A stretch of DNA of 34,633 nt. Origin: an uncultured Cyanobium sp. (GTDB lineage: Bacteria > Cyanobacteriota > Cyanobacteriia > PCC-6307 > Cyanobiaceae). The notes beneath the pieces were generated by a model, which searched no databases, was not told where the DNA came from, and saw nothing but the letters and a program-made list of their open reading frames with translations. The stretch covers positions 1-34,633 of the forward strand of contig CAZVPB010000001.1 in assembly GCA_964628165.1 (NCBI GenBank), in the 5' to 3' direction. Position numbers and translations under genes: made by a program. This document shows positions 1-9,654 of this stretch, in pieces (the first letter of the stretch is position 1; each line of letters begins with the position of its first letter).

Positions 1-248
1 CCGCGGGCGATCGGTGCCGGAAAGGTGGTGGCGCCCCCCTCCAGCACCACGCCGCGGGGACCGTCGACGAAGTGCAGGCCCGTCAGACCCAGGCGGCGCA
101 CCTGACCGGTGGGCCAGGGGTGGCGGTGGGAGGCGTCATGGAGGGCGATGTCGGCCATGCCCGACCAGAACGGGGTGTCGCCGTCGAGCAGGCCGAGCTT
201 CTCGGGCAGCGTGAGCTGCTGGAGCAGGCGCTGAACCCGGCCCCCCAT
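1..248 (-). CDS. Glycoside hydrolase family 3 (beta-glucosidase-like), N-terminal part; runs off the window edge
   Basis: Not in the ORF track. Manual translation from ATG at 248: MGGRVQRLLQQLTLPEKLGLLDGDTPFW...RRLGLTGLHFVDGPRGVVLEGGATTFPAPIAR. This shows the GH3 N-terminal pattern LTL.EK, DGP.GV and T.FP. Its ATG overlaps the upstream stop (TGATG). Confidence 0.8.
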   Translation of the reverse strand, partial: MGGRVQRLLQQLTLPEKLGLLDGDTPFWSGMADIALHDASHRHPWPTGQVRRLGLTGLHFVDGPRGVVLEGGATTFPAPIAR

Positions 249-1516
249 CAGGACCCCAGCCAGCGATCCGCGATCGCCTCGATGCGGCCGCTGCGGTGAA
301 GCTCCAGCAGAGACACGTCGAGGGGCAGCTGCAGCTCGCTGTCGGCGGGCAGGACCAGGCCGTAGGTCTGGGTGCCGAGTCCGAAGGGGGCCAGGCGGAG
401 GGGAGCCTCGGGATGCTGGCTCATGGCGTAGCGAAGGGCGGGCTGGTCGAACAGAACGCCCTGCACCCGGCCCTGCCGCAGCAGCTCCACGGCCGCATCG
501 AGAGAAGGGCTCACCACCGGCCGGGCTCCCACCACCTCCGACCAGCGGCGGCTGGTGGTGCCCTCCACCACCGCCAGCCGCTTCCCGCGCAGATCACCGG
601 GCTCGCGGATGGAGGCCTGCCTCGTGTCGGCCAGGGAGACGGTGAAGGCGGAGGCGAGTCCCGCGGTGATCGAGGAGACCGCCAGCAGGGTCAGCACCAT
701 CCACAGGCCCGCCAGGAAACGGCCCGCAGCGGTGACCGGCGCCCGGTCGCCGTAGCCCACGGTGGTGAGGGTGACCAGGGCGAACCAGGTGCCGTTGCCC
801 ACGCCCCGCCAGTAGGAGCGGGGGAAGTGGCCGGGATTGCGGCGCCGCTCCGCCAGCCAGATGAGGTTCCCCACCAGGAACAGGGAAAGGAGCAGAACGC
901 CCACGGAGCTGAGGGCGGCGACCCCGAAGAAGGGACGGAGACGGCTCCAGAGGGTGGGGGGCCGCGCCGGGAGCAGAACCCCCACCTGCCCGTAGAAGTA
1001 GGGCTGGCTGAACTCGATCCGGCCCGATCGCAGCCGCTCGGCGGTGATGCTGATCGGTCCGATGGCCACATCGATGTCCCCCTCCCCCACCGCCCGCACG
1101 TTCGCTTCGGTGCTGGGCATCGGCACCAGGCGGTAGTCGAGGTCGTTCCGTTCGGCCACCTCCTCCCACACGTCGACACTGATGCCCCCGCCGGCCGGTG
1201 ACCCGCCGGTCCCCGGCTCAGGCATCACGAACGGAGGCGAGCCGCTCACCCCCACCCGCAGTTCCCGGGCCACACCCCCAGCGGGGAAGGCGGCGATGCC
1301 GGCGGCGAGCAGACAGCCGATCAGACTCCGCCTGCGGGAGGAACGCAGGCGTGGTTTCGGGGCTGAACCGCGGTCTGCTCCCGCTGACCGGAAACGGCCG
1401 GATTTTCCTGAGTTTCCGTGTCCCCGTGCGTGATCGAAAACCGTAAAGCCGGAGCCACCCAACATTCGTGAAGCTTGGGCGAATGCGGCTGTCCCCTGAG
1501 CCCGGTCGATCGACAT
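248..1516 (-). CDS. Prokaryotic glutamate-receptor-like (GluR0-type) ion channel: periplasmic binding domain split by a K+-channel pore
   Basis: SBP family-3 motifs (LRVGVSGSPPFV, DVAIGPISITAERL...FSQPY; later LAVVEGTTS and YGLVLP) flank two TM helices and the K+ selectivity filter TTVGYGD. The true start is probably downstream of 1516, shortly before the signal-like LIGCLLAAGIAAFPAGG. Confidence 0.85.
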   Translation of the reverse strand: MSIDRAQGTAAFAQASRMLGGSGFTVFDHARGHGNSGKSGRFRSAGADRGSAPKPRLRSSRRRSLIGCLLAAGIAAFPAGGVARELRVGVSGSPPFVMPEPGTGGSPAGGGISVDVWEEVAERNDLDYRLVPMPSTEANVRAVGEGDIDVAIGPISITAERLRSGRIEFSQPYFYGQVGVLLPARPPTLWSRLRPFFGVAALSSVGVLLLSLFLVGNLIWLAERRRNPGHFPRSYWRGVGNGTWFALVTLTTVGYGDRAPVTAAGRFLAGLWMVLTLLAVSSITAGLASAFTVSLADTRQASIREPGDLRGKRLAVVEGTTSRRWSEVVGARPVVSPSLDAAVELLRQGRVQGVLFDQPALRYAMSQHPEAPLRLAPFGLGTQTYGLVLPADSELQLPLDVSLLELHRSGRIEAIADRWLGS

Positions 1517-1548
1517 GCTGGTTTCAGCATCATCCCTCTGCTGTCACC

Positions 1549-1806
1549 ATGACGTACGTGCGCTGGAAGCGTGAACTCATCCTCGGCACCATCGACCGGT
1601 TCATCGACTCCGCGAATTCCGGCACCGCCGACCGCACCGAAGCGCCGGAGCCCACGATCGATGGACTGCTGCAGCAGATGAGCGAGGGACTGCCCACCCC
1701 TGAAATCCTCGCCACGATGGACGACCTGCTGCGGGCCCACCGCAATCTCTGCAGCCCGCAACAGCTGGAGGTGATGCAGGAGCTCACCCACGCCGGCAGG
1801 TCCTGA
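1549..1806 (+). CDS. Small hypothetical protein (~85 aa)
   Basis: MTYVRWKRELILGTIDRF... with strongly G/C-ending codons. It fills the gap between flanking genes. No recognisable family. Confidence 0.6.
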   Translation: MTYVRWKRELILGTIDRFIDSANSGTADRTEAPEPTIDGLLQQMSEGLPTPEILATMDDLLRAHRNLCSPQQLEVMQELTHAGRS

Positions 1807-1847
1807 ACCGCCTTGCCCCCCCGTCGCGCCGGCTCCGGCTGGGGCGG

Positions 1848-2636
1848 GTGCTGCGCCTGGCGCGGGTCCTGCTCGCCAGCCAGTACGCCACCATGCTCGA
1901 GTACAGGGCGGAGATCGCCCTGTGGGCCCTCTCCGGCCTCCTGCCGTTCATCATGTACGGCGTCTGGAGCGAGGTGGCCGGGCGGGGGGGAGCGGCAGGC
2001 GCCGGGCTCGATCCGGTCGTTCTGGCCCGCTATTTCCTGGCGGTGTTCCTCGTCCGCCAGTTCACCATCGTGTGGGTGATCCACAGCTTCGAGGAGGACC
2101 TGGTGGAGGGGAGGCTCTCGGCCCAGCTGCTCCAGCCCCTGCCGCCGGTGTGGCGCCACCTCAGCGCCCATCTGGCCGAGCAGGCCACCCGCCTGCCGTT
2201 CGCGGCCGGCCTGGCCGCCCTCTTCGTGCTCCTGCAGCCGGCGGCCTTCGAGCTGCCCCCGGCCGGCCGGGTGGCGCTGGGGCTCCTGACGATCCACCTC
2301 GCCTTCCTGCTGCGGTTCGCGCTGCAGTACGCCCTCGCGATGGCCTGCTTCTGGAGCGAGCGGGCCACCGCCCTCGACCGGCTGCTCTACATCCCCTACC
2401 TCTACCTCTCGGGGCTGATCGCGCCGCTCGACACCTACCCCGAGCCGGTCCGCCGCTTTGCCCTGGCCACCCCCTTCCCCGCCATGGTGCACCTGCCGGC
2501 CCGGCTGCTGGCGGGCCAGGAGGTGGACCTGATCGCCGGGTTCGCCGTGATGGCCGCCTGGGCCGCCGTGCTCGTTCCCCTGAGCTGGCTGCTGTGGAAG
2601 GCCGGCCTGCGCCGGTACTCGGCGATGGGGGCATGA
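1848..2636 (+). CDS. ABC-2 family transporter permease (DUF990/ABC2_membrane_6 type)
   Basis: Hydrophobic multi-TM protein with LEYRA, EEDLVEGRLSAQLLQP and LSGLIAPL..YP motifs. Confidence 0.85.
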   Translation: MLRLARVLLASQYATMLEYRAEIALWALSGLLPFIMYGVWSEVAGRGGAAGAGLDPVVLARYFLAVFLVRQFTIVWVIHSFEEDLVEGRLSAQLLQPLPPVWRHLSAHLAEQATRLPFAAGLAALFVLLQPAAFELPPAGRVALGLLTIHLAFLLRFALQYALAMACFWSERATALDRLLYIPYLYLSGLIAPLDTYPEPVRRFALATPFPAMVHLPARLLAGQEVDLIAGFAVMAAWAAVLVPLSWLLWKAGLRRYSAMGA

Positions 2637-3439
2637 GCCTGCCGCGCTACGCCCTCACCTGGCGGCGCTTCTGGGCCAGTGCCCTCGCCGCGGAAATGGA
2701 GTACCGGGTCAATTTCCTGGTGGAGCTGGCCGCGACGCTGGGGAACCTGGCGGGCAGTCTGTTCGTGCTCACCCTGCTCTTCGGCCCGGCGGCCGGCGGC
2801 GGCAGCGGCCTGGGGGGCTGGAGCTGGGAGGGAGCCCTCCTGGTGCTGGGGGCCTACACCCTGCTCGACGGGGTCGCGAGCACCCTGCTCCACCCCAACC
2901 TCGGCTCGATCGTGACCCAGGTGCAGCGGGGCACCCTCGATTTCGTGCTGCTCAAGCCGATCGACAGCCAGTTCTGGCTGTCGCTGCGCACCTTCTCCCC
3001 GTGGGGTCTGCCGGGGGTGGGGGCCGGCCTGGGGCTCATGCTCTACGCCCTCTCGCGGCTGGAGACGCCGCCGGGGTGGTGGGCGGCGGCCCAGGCGGTG
3101 GCGATGCTGCTGGCCAGCTGCCTGCTGCTGTATGCCCTCTGGTTCGTGCTGGCGGCATCCAGCATCTGGTTCGTGAAGATCTGGAACGCGACGGAGGTGC
3201 TGCGCAGCACCCTCGCCGCCGGCCGGTATCCCGTGCAGGCCTACCCCCTCGGGCTGCGGATCTTCCTCACCTTCGTGCTGCCGGTGGCCTTCCTCACGAC
3301 GGTGCCGGCGGAGGCCCTGCTGGGGCGGGCCGGCCCCGCCCAGCTCATTGGTTCCCTGGCGGTGGCCGCCACCGCCGCGGCCCTGTCGCGCCGGTTCTGG
3401 CACTTCGCCCTGGCCCACTACACCTCCGCCTCGAGCTGA
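2633..3439 (+). CDS. ABC-2 family transporter permease (second subunit)
   Basis: The ATG at 2633 overlaps the previous stop (ATGA). Motifs EMEYRVNF, GTLDFVLLKPIDSQF, GRYP and a YTSASS C-terminus. Confidence 0.85.
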   Translation: MSLPRYALTWRRFWASALAAEMEYRVNFLVELAATLGNLAGSLFVLTLLFGPAAGGGSGLGGWSWEGALLVLGAYTLLDGVASTLLHPNLGSIVTQVQRGTLDFVLLKPIDSQFWLSLRTFSPWGLPGVGAGLGLMLYALSRLETPPGWWAAAQAVAMLLASCLLLYALWFVLAASSIWFVKIWNATEVLRSTLAAGRYPVQAYPLGLRIFLTFVLPVAFLTTVPAEALLGRAGPAQLIGSLAVAATAAALSRRFWHFALAHYTSASS

Positions 3440-3477
3440 GGCCGCCACTGCGGAACCACCGCCGGAGCCGGACCGTC

Positions 3478-5028
3478 TCAGCCGTCGGCCTCCACACCCC
3501 GCATGATGCGGGTGAGCTCACTGCGCTCATCGCTGCTGATGCGGTGCGGCACGCCGCTGATGATGCGCTCGAAGTTGGCGAAGGAGTCCTTGATCTCAGG
3601 ACCGTTGCTCGTGACCACGAACTCGCGGATCCCCTTGTCATGCCACGAGCCCCGCATCTTGAAGACGTTCAGGGCCCGCGCCATCTCGCCGCGGATCTCC
3701 ACGTACTGAAGCAGCAGGATCGTGTCGGTGATGGTGGAGATGTGGGAGTCGGTGATGGAGTGGCTGCCCATGAACTCCTCGGAGGTGTTGGTGAAGAACC
3801 CCGCGATCTCCTCCTGCTTGGCGTATCCCGTCACGCCGATCACGAACTGGCGGAAGGCGTTGTGGCTCACCCCCCGCGCCAGGGCCGAGAGGGAGTCGAT
3901 CGCCATGCGGGAGGGCTTGAACTGGTTGATCTCGGTCTGGATGATCTGCAGATGGTCCTCCAGGCCGGTGGACTCGGGATAGGCACAGATGATCTTGAGC
4001 AGGCCGTCCTGCTCCATCTGCTCGAAGTCCATGCCCCAGCTGGTGGCATTCCGCAGCAGCTGGGAGCGGGATTCCTCGTAGGCGAAGAGGATCGCCCGCT
4101 CCCGGTTGCGGCAGGCGTCCTCGACGAACTTGCTCACCAGCAGGGTCTTGCCCGTGCCGGTGGCACCGGTGGCGAGAATGATGGAGTCCTTGAAGAAGCC
4201 ACCGCCGCACATCTCGTCGAGACGGGGCACTCCCGAGCTGATCCTCACGTTCGAGGAGCGCTGGGTGAGCCGCATCGCCCCGAGGGGGAAGATGCTCATG
4301 CCATGGGCGCCCATGGTGAAGGGGAACTCCCCCTTCATGTGGGTGGTGCCCCGCAGCTTGAGGATCTCGACGGTGCGCCGGCGGCGCTCCCCCTCGAGGA
4401 CATTGCGCAGGATCACCACATTGTCGGAGACGAACTCCTCCACCCCATAGCGGGCGATCGGGCCGTATTCCTCGATCCGTTCGGTGGTCATCACCGTGGT
4501 GACCCCGATCTCCTTGAGGCGGGCGATGAGACGGAAAATCTCCCGCCGCACCACCGAGACCGCTTCGTACTGCTGGAACACCGCCGTGATCGAGTCGATC
4601 GCCACCCGCTTGGCCCGGTATTTGCGGATGGCGTAGTGGATGCGCTCGATCAGGCCGGAGAGGTCGAAGCTGCCGGCCACGTCCTGCCCCTCCGGATCGG
4701 GGGAGGCATCAAGCAGGAACAGCTTGTCCTGATCCTGGAGTTCCTGGAGGTTCCAGCCGAAGCTGGCGGCATTGCGCAGGATGTCGATGGGCGACTCCTC
4801 GAAGGTGACGAAGATGCCGGGCTCGTTGAACTGCCGGATGCCGTTGTAGAGAAAGTTCAGCGAGAGGATCGTCTTGCCGGTGCCGGAGGAGCCGCTGATC
4901 AGGGTCGAGCGGCCCACCGGCAGACCGCCATGGCAGATGTCATCGAAGCCCTCGATGCCGGTGGGAATCTTCTGCACCTGCATCAGGGGCGTACCGCTCG
5001 AGGAGGGGGGGAGGCTGGAATCCTGCAT
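3478..5028 (-). CDS. kaiC: Circadian clock protein KaiC
   Basis: Two RecA-like domains with Walker A motifs GSSGTGKT and GATGTGKT, plus the phosphosite motif DSHISTITD. Start taken at MQDSSL. Confidence 0.98.
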   Translation of the reverse strand: MQDSSLPPSSSGTPLMQVQKIPTGIEGFDDICHGGLPVGRSTLISGSSGTGKTILSLNFLYNGIRQFNEPGIFVTFEESPIDILRNAASFGWNLQELQDQDKLFLLDASPDPEGQDVAGSFDLSGLIERIHYAIRKYRAKRVAIDSITAVFQQYEAVSVVRREIFRLIARLKEIGVTTVMTTERIEEYGPIARYGVEEFVSDNVVILRNVLEGERRRRTVEILKLRGTTHMKGEFPFTMGAHGMSIFPLGAMRLTQRSSNVRISSGVPRLDEMCGGGFFKDSIILATGATGTGKTLLVSKFVEDACRNRERAILFAYEESRSQLLRNATSWGMDFEQMEQDGLLKIICAYPESTGLEDHLQIIQTEINQFKPSRMAIDSLSALARGVSHNAFRQFVIGVTGYAKQEEIAGFFTNTSEEFMGSHSITDSHISTITDTILLLQYVEIRGEMARALNVFKMRGSWHDKGIREFVVTSNGPEIKDSFANFERIISGVPHRISSDERSELTRIMRGVEADG

Positions 5029-5089
5029 CGAAGGCGGCAAGGGAGAAAGTGAGGGAAAGCGGAGAGGTGAAGGGAGGGGAGAGAGGCGC

Positions 5090-5464
5090 TCAGGATGTTC
5101 CCTCGCCGGTGGGAGGAGAGACGGCCCCGTCGTGTGCGTCGAGCGTCTCCAGTTGCAGATCGCTGTCCGACTCACTCAGTTCGTCATAGAGAAGATCGAG
5201 GCCGATCAGCACCCGTTCGCGGTCCGAGAGGTCGCCGATGATGCGGCGCACCGGCGGCGGCAGGATCTTCGAGAGGGTGGGGGTGGCAAGGATCTTGTCC
5301 TCCTCCGCCAGCTGAGGGTTCTTGAGCACGTCGATCACCTTGAGGGCATAGACACCGCGGAATTCCGTATCGAGGATGTTGCGCAGGGTCTTCAGCGCCC
5401 GCATCGAGTTGGGCGTGTTGCCGGCCACGTAGAGCTTGAGGATGTAGGTCTTGCGGGGCGACAT
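5090..5464 (-). CDS. kaiB: Circadian clock protein KaiB
   Basis: [20 protein letters not shown]...[23 protein letters not shown], followed by an acidic tail. Confidence 0.98.
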   Translation of the reverse strand: MSPRKTYILKLYVAGNTPNSMRALKTLRNILDTEFRGVYALKVIDVLKNPQLAEEDKILATPTLSKILPPPVRRIIGDLSDRERVLIGLDLLYDELSESDSDLQLETLDAHDGAVSPPTGEGTS

Positions 5465-5465
5465 C

Positions 5466-6329
5466 TCAGGGAGCCTCGGTGCTGGGAACGGCGGACAGCC
5501 CCCCGCCCAGAGGAAGGGGGGCATCGGCGGGGAGACTGCGGCGGTACATCTCGCAGAGATGGGCCATCACATCCAGGAGGGCCAGCCGGTAGTCCTGAAG
5601 GAAGTCATTCTTGTGGCCCTCCAGTTTCAGCTGTTTCCAGAAGCCATCGATCAGGTTCATGTGGATCTCGACCGTGTTCGTGATCGGCAGGTCACTGAAG
5701 AAGGCCGTGTTCACGAAACTCTCCAGGGCCTGGTTGGCGGCGGCGGGATCGCGGAAGTAGCTCAGCAGCAGATCCCGGTAGGTACGGCTGAGGGAATGGA
5801 GCAGCTGCTGCCTCTCCTGCTGGGGAAGATTGCGCAGGAAGCGGGAAGGGTCGCGCTTGTAGTAGACCCCCAGGTAGCCCAGGCGTTCCCGCAGGCGGTT
5901 GGCGAGCCGCCAGCGGTCGGGCGGGGTGCCCGACGAACCGGGCGGCAAATTGCCGGCCCCCAGCAGACCGCGACGAAGAAAGCGGGACACCGCGGCATCG
6001 AAGCTGTAGCTCAGCTGCTCGAGCTGGTCGGGGGGCAGGTGCACCTCCGCGTCGTGGTACTCGATCCGGCCGGACACCTCGCCGATCACCACCGCCGGCA
6101 GGAGCAGGCCCCGCTCCAGGAGTTCCTGGTAGGTGGCGGAGGGGATGGCGTCCTGCTCCAGCAGCACGGCGTCGAAGTCCTCCCGGTGCCCGTCGAGGGC
6201 CTGCACCGGATCGTCCGCCGGCTCGGGCGTGCGCAGCCGGTGGCGGCCTCCCCGCAGCCACCGGGCGCAGGCGCCGGCCAGCTCGGGCTGCCGCAGCAGG
6301 GAGGCGATCGTCAGCGCCGGCTCGGGCAT
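5466..6329 (-). CDS. kaiA: Circadian clock protein KaiA (full length, pseudo-receiver plus C-terminal domain)
   Basis: [17 protein letters not shown] and [20 protein letters not shown]. It lies directly upstream of kaiB. Start taken at MPEPALT. Confidence 0.96.
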   Translation of the reverse strand: MPEPALTIASLLRQPELAGACARWLRGGRHRLRTPEPADDPVQALDGHREDFDAVLLEQDAIPSATYQELLERGLLLPAVVIGEVSGRIEYHDAEVHLPPDQLEQLSYSFDAAVSRFLRRGLLGAGNLPPGSSGTPPDRWRLANRLRERLGYLGVYYKRDPSRFLRNLPQQERQQLLHSLSRTYRDLLLSYFRDPAAANQALESFVNTAFFSDLPITNTVEIHMNLIDGFWKQLKLEGHKNDFLQDYRLALLDVMAHLCEMYRRSLPADAPLPLGGGLSAVPSTEAP

Positions 6330-6475
6330 CGCAACGGGGGAGGGCTGGGGCAGTGCGGAGACCTCAAGCATGTTGACGGAGGGAGTCCGGCGCGGCCAAG
6401 ATGTTTGTTTGTCTTTCGATTGCCGCAGCCCGGGCCCCTCAATGGCTTCCGCCAGCCCGGCCGCGCCCTGACGCC

Positions 6476-6847
6476 ATGACCACCTCACCACCGCCCGCCG
6501 CCGGCTCCCCGACCGGCCCCTACGCCATCGTCGAGGCCTCCGGCCGCCAGCTCTGGCTGCAGCCCAGCCGTTACGTCGACATCGACCGCGTGGCGGCCGA
6601 GGTGGACAGCACGGTCACCCTCGACAGCGTGCTCCTGGTGAAGGACGGCAGCGGCACCACGGTCGGCCGCCCCTACGTGGACGGCGCCAGCGTGGAGCTG
6701 AAGGTGATGGCCCACCGCCGTGGACGCAAGATCACGGTGTTCAAGATGCGCCCCAAGAAGAAGACGCGGCGCAAGACCGGCCACCGCCAGGAGCTCACCC
6801 GGGTGATGGTCGAGTCGATCACCGTGGGCGGCAAGGCCCTCTCCTGA
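6476..6847 (+). CDS. rplU: 50S ribosomal protein L21
   Basis: [10 protein letters not shown]...[20 protein letters not shown]; adjacent to rpmA. Confidence 0.97.
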   Translation: MTTSPPPAAGSPTGPYAIVEASGRQLWLQPSRYVDIDRVAAEVDSTVTLDSVLLVKDGSGTTVGRPYVDGASVELKVMAHRRGRKITVFKMRPKKKTRRKTGHRQELTRVMVESITVGGKALS

Positions 6848-6884
6848 CCCCAGCTCCCCCTTACCCCTACCGCATCTCTTCCCC

Positions 6885-7148
6885 ATGGCCCACAAGAAAG
6901 GAACCGGCTCCACCCGCAACGGCCGCGACTCCAACGCCAAGCGCCTCGGCGTGAAGCGCTACGGCGGCCAGCAGGTCAGCGCCGGGTCGATCCTGGTGCG
7001 GCAGCGCGGCACCTCCGTGCTGCCCGGCGTCAACGTGGGACGCGGCTCCGACGACACCCTCTACGCCCTCGTGGACGGGGTGGTGAACTTCGACTCGATC
7101 CGGCGGGGGCTGCGCAACCGCAAGCGGATCAACGTGGCGACGGCCTGA
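6885..7148 (+). CDS. rpmA: 50S ribosomal protein L27
   Basis: [24 protein letters not shown]. Confidence 0.99.
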   Translation: MAHKKGTGSTRNGRDSNAKRLGVKRYGGQQVSAGSILVRQRGTSVLPGVNVGRGSDDTLYALVDGVVNFDSIRRGLRNRKRINVATA

Positions 7149-7854
7149 GGCCGGCCTCCGGGCCGCTGAGCTCGGCCCCCTCCCCCGGCACCTCCAGCCA
7201 CACCCGCAGCCATCTCACCAGCAGGTAGAAGGGCAGGGTGTCCACCAGGGCGGCCAGGGCCTTGAACAGGTAGCCGCTGGCGATGAAGGTGGCCAGCTGC
7301 GGCGCCAGGGGCTCCCCCTGGCGCACCGGCAGGACGTGGGCGGAGTAGTGGCTGATCAGCACCACGGCCGTGGTGTCCACCAGCTGGCTCACCAGGGTCG
7401 AACCGTTGTTGCGCAGCCACAGGGCCCTTCCCCGGGTGAGACGCTTCCAGAAATGGAAGAGCCGCACATCGGCGAACTGGGCGGCCAGGTAGGCCACCAT
7501 CGAGGCCCCCACCGCACCGAAGGCCAGCCGGCGCACCTCATCGAACACCGGGCCGGGGGGACCGGGCAGCACTCCCCCCAGCCACAGCACCAGCACGATC
7601 CAGCCGTTGAGCAGCAGCCCCACCCACACCAGCTGGGAGGCGCGGCGCTCACCCCAGAGCTCGCTGATCAGGTCGGTGCAGAGAAAGGTGACCGGATAGG
7701 GCAGGGCCCCCACCGCCACCACCAGCGGGAATCCCCCCACGCTGCCCAGGCTCACGAAACGGGTGAGCCCGAGGATGTTGAGCATCCCCATCGTCCCGAG
7801 GAAGAGCCCCGCCAGCACCAGGAAGGCCACCTCCCGACGTTCCTGCACCTCCAT
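7129..7854 (-). CDS. Queuosine precursor transporter (YhhQ/Vut_1 family)
   Basis: [30 protein letters not shown] and [16 protein letters not shown] motifs. Start taken at MEVQERRE. Confidence 0.9.
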   Translation of the reverse strand: MEVQERREVAFLVLAGLFLGTMGMLNILGLTRFVSLGSVGGFPLVVAVGALPYPVTFLCTDLISELWGERRASQLVWVGLLLNGWIVLVLWLGGVLPGPPGPVFDEVRRLAFGAVGASMVAYLAAQFADVRLFHFWKRLTRGRALWLRNNGSTLVSQLVDTTAVVLISHYSAHVLPVRQGEPLAPQLATFIASGYLFKALAALVDTLPFYLLVRWLRVWLEVPGEGAELSGPEAGLRPSPR

Positions 7855-7875
7855 TCGCCGCTCCGCCGCCGAACC

Positions 7876-8775
7876 ATGGGACCAGCCTCCCCCAGCCTCT
7901 GCGGCTTCCTCGTTCTCGACAAGCCCGCCGGCCTCACCTCCCATGGCTGCGTGGCCCGGGTGCGGCGGGCCTACGGCCTGCGCCGGGTGGGCCACGGCGG
8001 CACCCTCGATCCGGCCGTGAGCGGCGTGCTGCCCGTCGCCCTGGGCCCCGCCACCCGGCTGCTGCCCTACCTCACCGGCGACAAGCACTACCGGGGCGTG
8101 GTGCAGCTGGGGGTGCGCACCAGCACCGACGACCTGGAGGGGGAGGTTCTGGCGCGGTCGGACTGGGGCACGATCGACCGCCCCGCCGTGGAAGCGGCCC
8201 TGGCGGCCTTCCGCGGCACGATCCTGCAGCGGCCGCCGCTGGTGTCCGCCGTCCACGTCGATGGCGAGCGGGCCTACGTGCGGGCCCGGCGGGGTGAGCA
8301 GCCGCTGCTGGCGGCGCGGCAGGTGACGATCGGCCGCCTGGAGCTGCTGGAGCTGGACCTGAAGCAGGGCCGGATCGAGATCGACGTGGAGTGCTCGGCG
8401 GGCACCTACATCCGTTCGCTGGCGAGGGATCTCGGCGAGGCTCTGGGCTGCGGCGCCGCCCTGGCCCGGCTGCGGCGGCATGGGGCCCTCGGCTTCGGCC
8501 TGGAGCAGGCCGTGCCGCTGGAGCGTCTCGAGGAGATCCCCCTGCCGCCCCTGATCGATCCACTCGAGGCCCTGTCCCACCTGGCCCGCCACCGGCTGGA
8601 GACCGATCAGCTGCGGGCCTGGCGCTGCGGCCGGAGCCTGACCCCGGCGGCGGATGGCTTCGAGGCGGGCAGTCCCGTGGCCGTGGTCGGTCCGGATGGC
8701 ATCCTGGCGGGCATCGCCCGGGCAGAGCCCGACGGCCTGCTCCGGCCCCGGCTGGTGTTCGATGCCGCCGGCTGA
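7876..8775 (+). CDS. truB: tRNA pseudouridine(55) synthase
   Basis: [24 protein letters not shown] and [15 protein letters not shown] motifs. Confidence 0.96.
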   Translation: MGPASPSLCGFLVLDKPAGLTSHGCVARVRRAYGLRRVGHGGTLDPAVSGVLPVALGPATRLLPYLTGDKHYRGVVQLGVRTSTDDLEGEVLARSDWGTIDRPAVEAALAAFRGTILQRPPLVSAVHVDGERAYVRARRGEQPLLAARQVTIGRLELLELDLKQGRIEIDVECSAGTYIRSLARDLGEALGCGAALARLRRHGALGFGLEQAVPLERLEEIPLPPLIDPLEALSHLARHRLETDQLRAWRCGRSLTPAADGFEAGSPVAVVGPDGILAGIARAEPDGLLRPRLVFDAAG

Positions 8776-8813
8776 ACACCCCCCACCCGCGACATTCCCC
8801 GCCACCGACGCCG

Positions 8814-9587
8814 ATGGCCGGCCACAGCAAATGGGCCCAGATCAAGCGCACCAAGGCCGTCGTCGACGCCAAGCGGGGGGCGGTGTTCACCCGCCTGGCC
8901 CGCGAGATCATGGTGGCGGCGCGGGGTGGCGCCGATCCAGCCGGCAATTTCCAGCTGCGCACCGCGATCGAGAAGGCCAAGGCGGCCGGCGTGCCGAACG
9001 CCAACATCGACCGGGCGATCGCCAAGGGATCGGGCCAGGCGGGTGGTGAGGGCGCCCAGCTCGAGGAGGTGCGCTACGAGGGCTACGGGCCCGGTGGCGT
9101 GGCGGTGCTCATCGAGGCGCTCACCGACAACCGCAACCGCACCGCCGCCGACCTGCGCCTCGCCTTCGGCAAGCACGGCGGCAACCTGGGCGAGACCGGC
9201 TGCGTGAGCTACCTGTTCGAGCAGCGCTCGGTGGTGCGGATCGATCAGCCGGGGCTGGAGGAGGAGACGCTGCTGGAGGTGCTGCTCGCCCTGGAGGAGG
9301 AGGGCGGCCCTGCGGCCACCGGCTACAGCCTCGACGAGGACGGCGGCGAGGTGTTCGGCGCCTACGCCGACCTGGAGGCCCTGCAGGACGGCCTGCGCCG
9401 CCAAGGGCTGCCCGTGGCCGGCTGGGAGCACCGCTGGATCGCCGACACCACCTGCCCCCTCGACGAGCCCGACACCCTGGCCGCCTGCCTGCGCATGCTC
9501 GACGCCCTCGACGATCTCGACGACGTGCGCAGCGTCACCGCCAACCTGGAGGCCGACGAGGAGCTGATGCGGGCCGTGATGGCCTGA
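8814..9587 (+). CDS. yebC: YebC/PmpR family protein
   Basis: [12 protein letters not shown] and [10 protein letters not shown]...TDNRNRT. Confidence 0.95.
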   Translation: MAGHSKWAQIKRTKAVVDAKRGAVFTRLAREIMVAARGGADPAGNFQLRTAIEKAKAAGVPNANIDRAIAKGSGQAGGEGAQLEEVRYEGYGPGGVAVLIEALTDNRNRTAADLRLAFGKHGGNLGETGCVSYLFEQRSVVRIDQPGLEEETLLEVLLALEEEGGPAATGYSLDEDGGEVFGAYADLEALQDGLRRQGLPVAGWEHRWIADTTCPLDEPDTLAACLRMLDALDDLDDVRSVTANLEADEELMRAVMA

Positions 9588-9654
9588 TCCTTCCTCATCA
9601 TCCTCCGCAGCAACGTGCTGCCGGGCTGCAGGAGCTGAAGCAAAAGGGGTCTAC

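Noticed and set aside
3001-5052. 683-aa + strand ORF over kaiC, and similar long antisense ORFs at 12626-14323, 20162-21805 and 28534-30342
   Set aside because: Stop-poor shadow frames are expected at this GC content, and the opposite strand carries clear family motifs.
9588-9654. Attachment-site direct repeats at the island edges (compared with 25093-25199)
   Set aside because: No shared repeat was found, and there is no tRNA or integrase.
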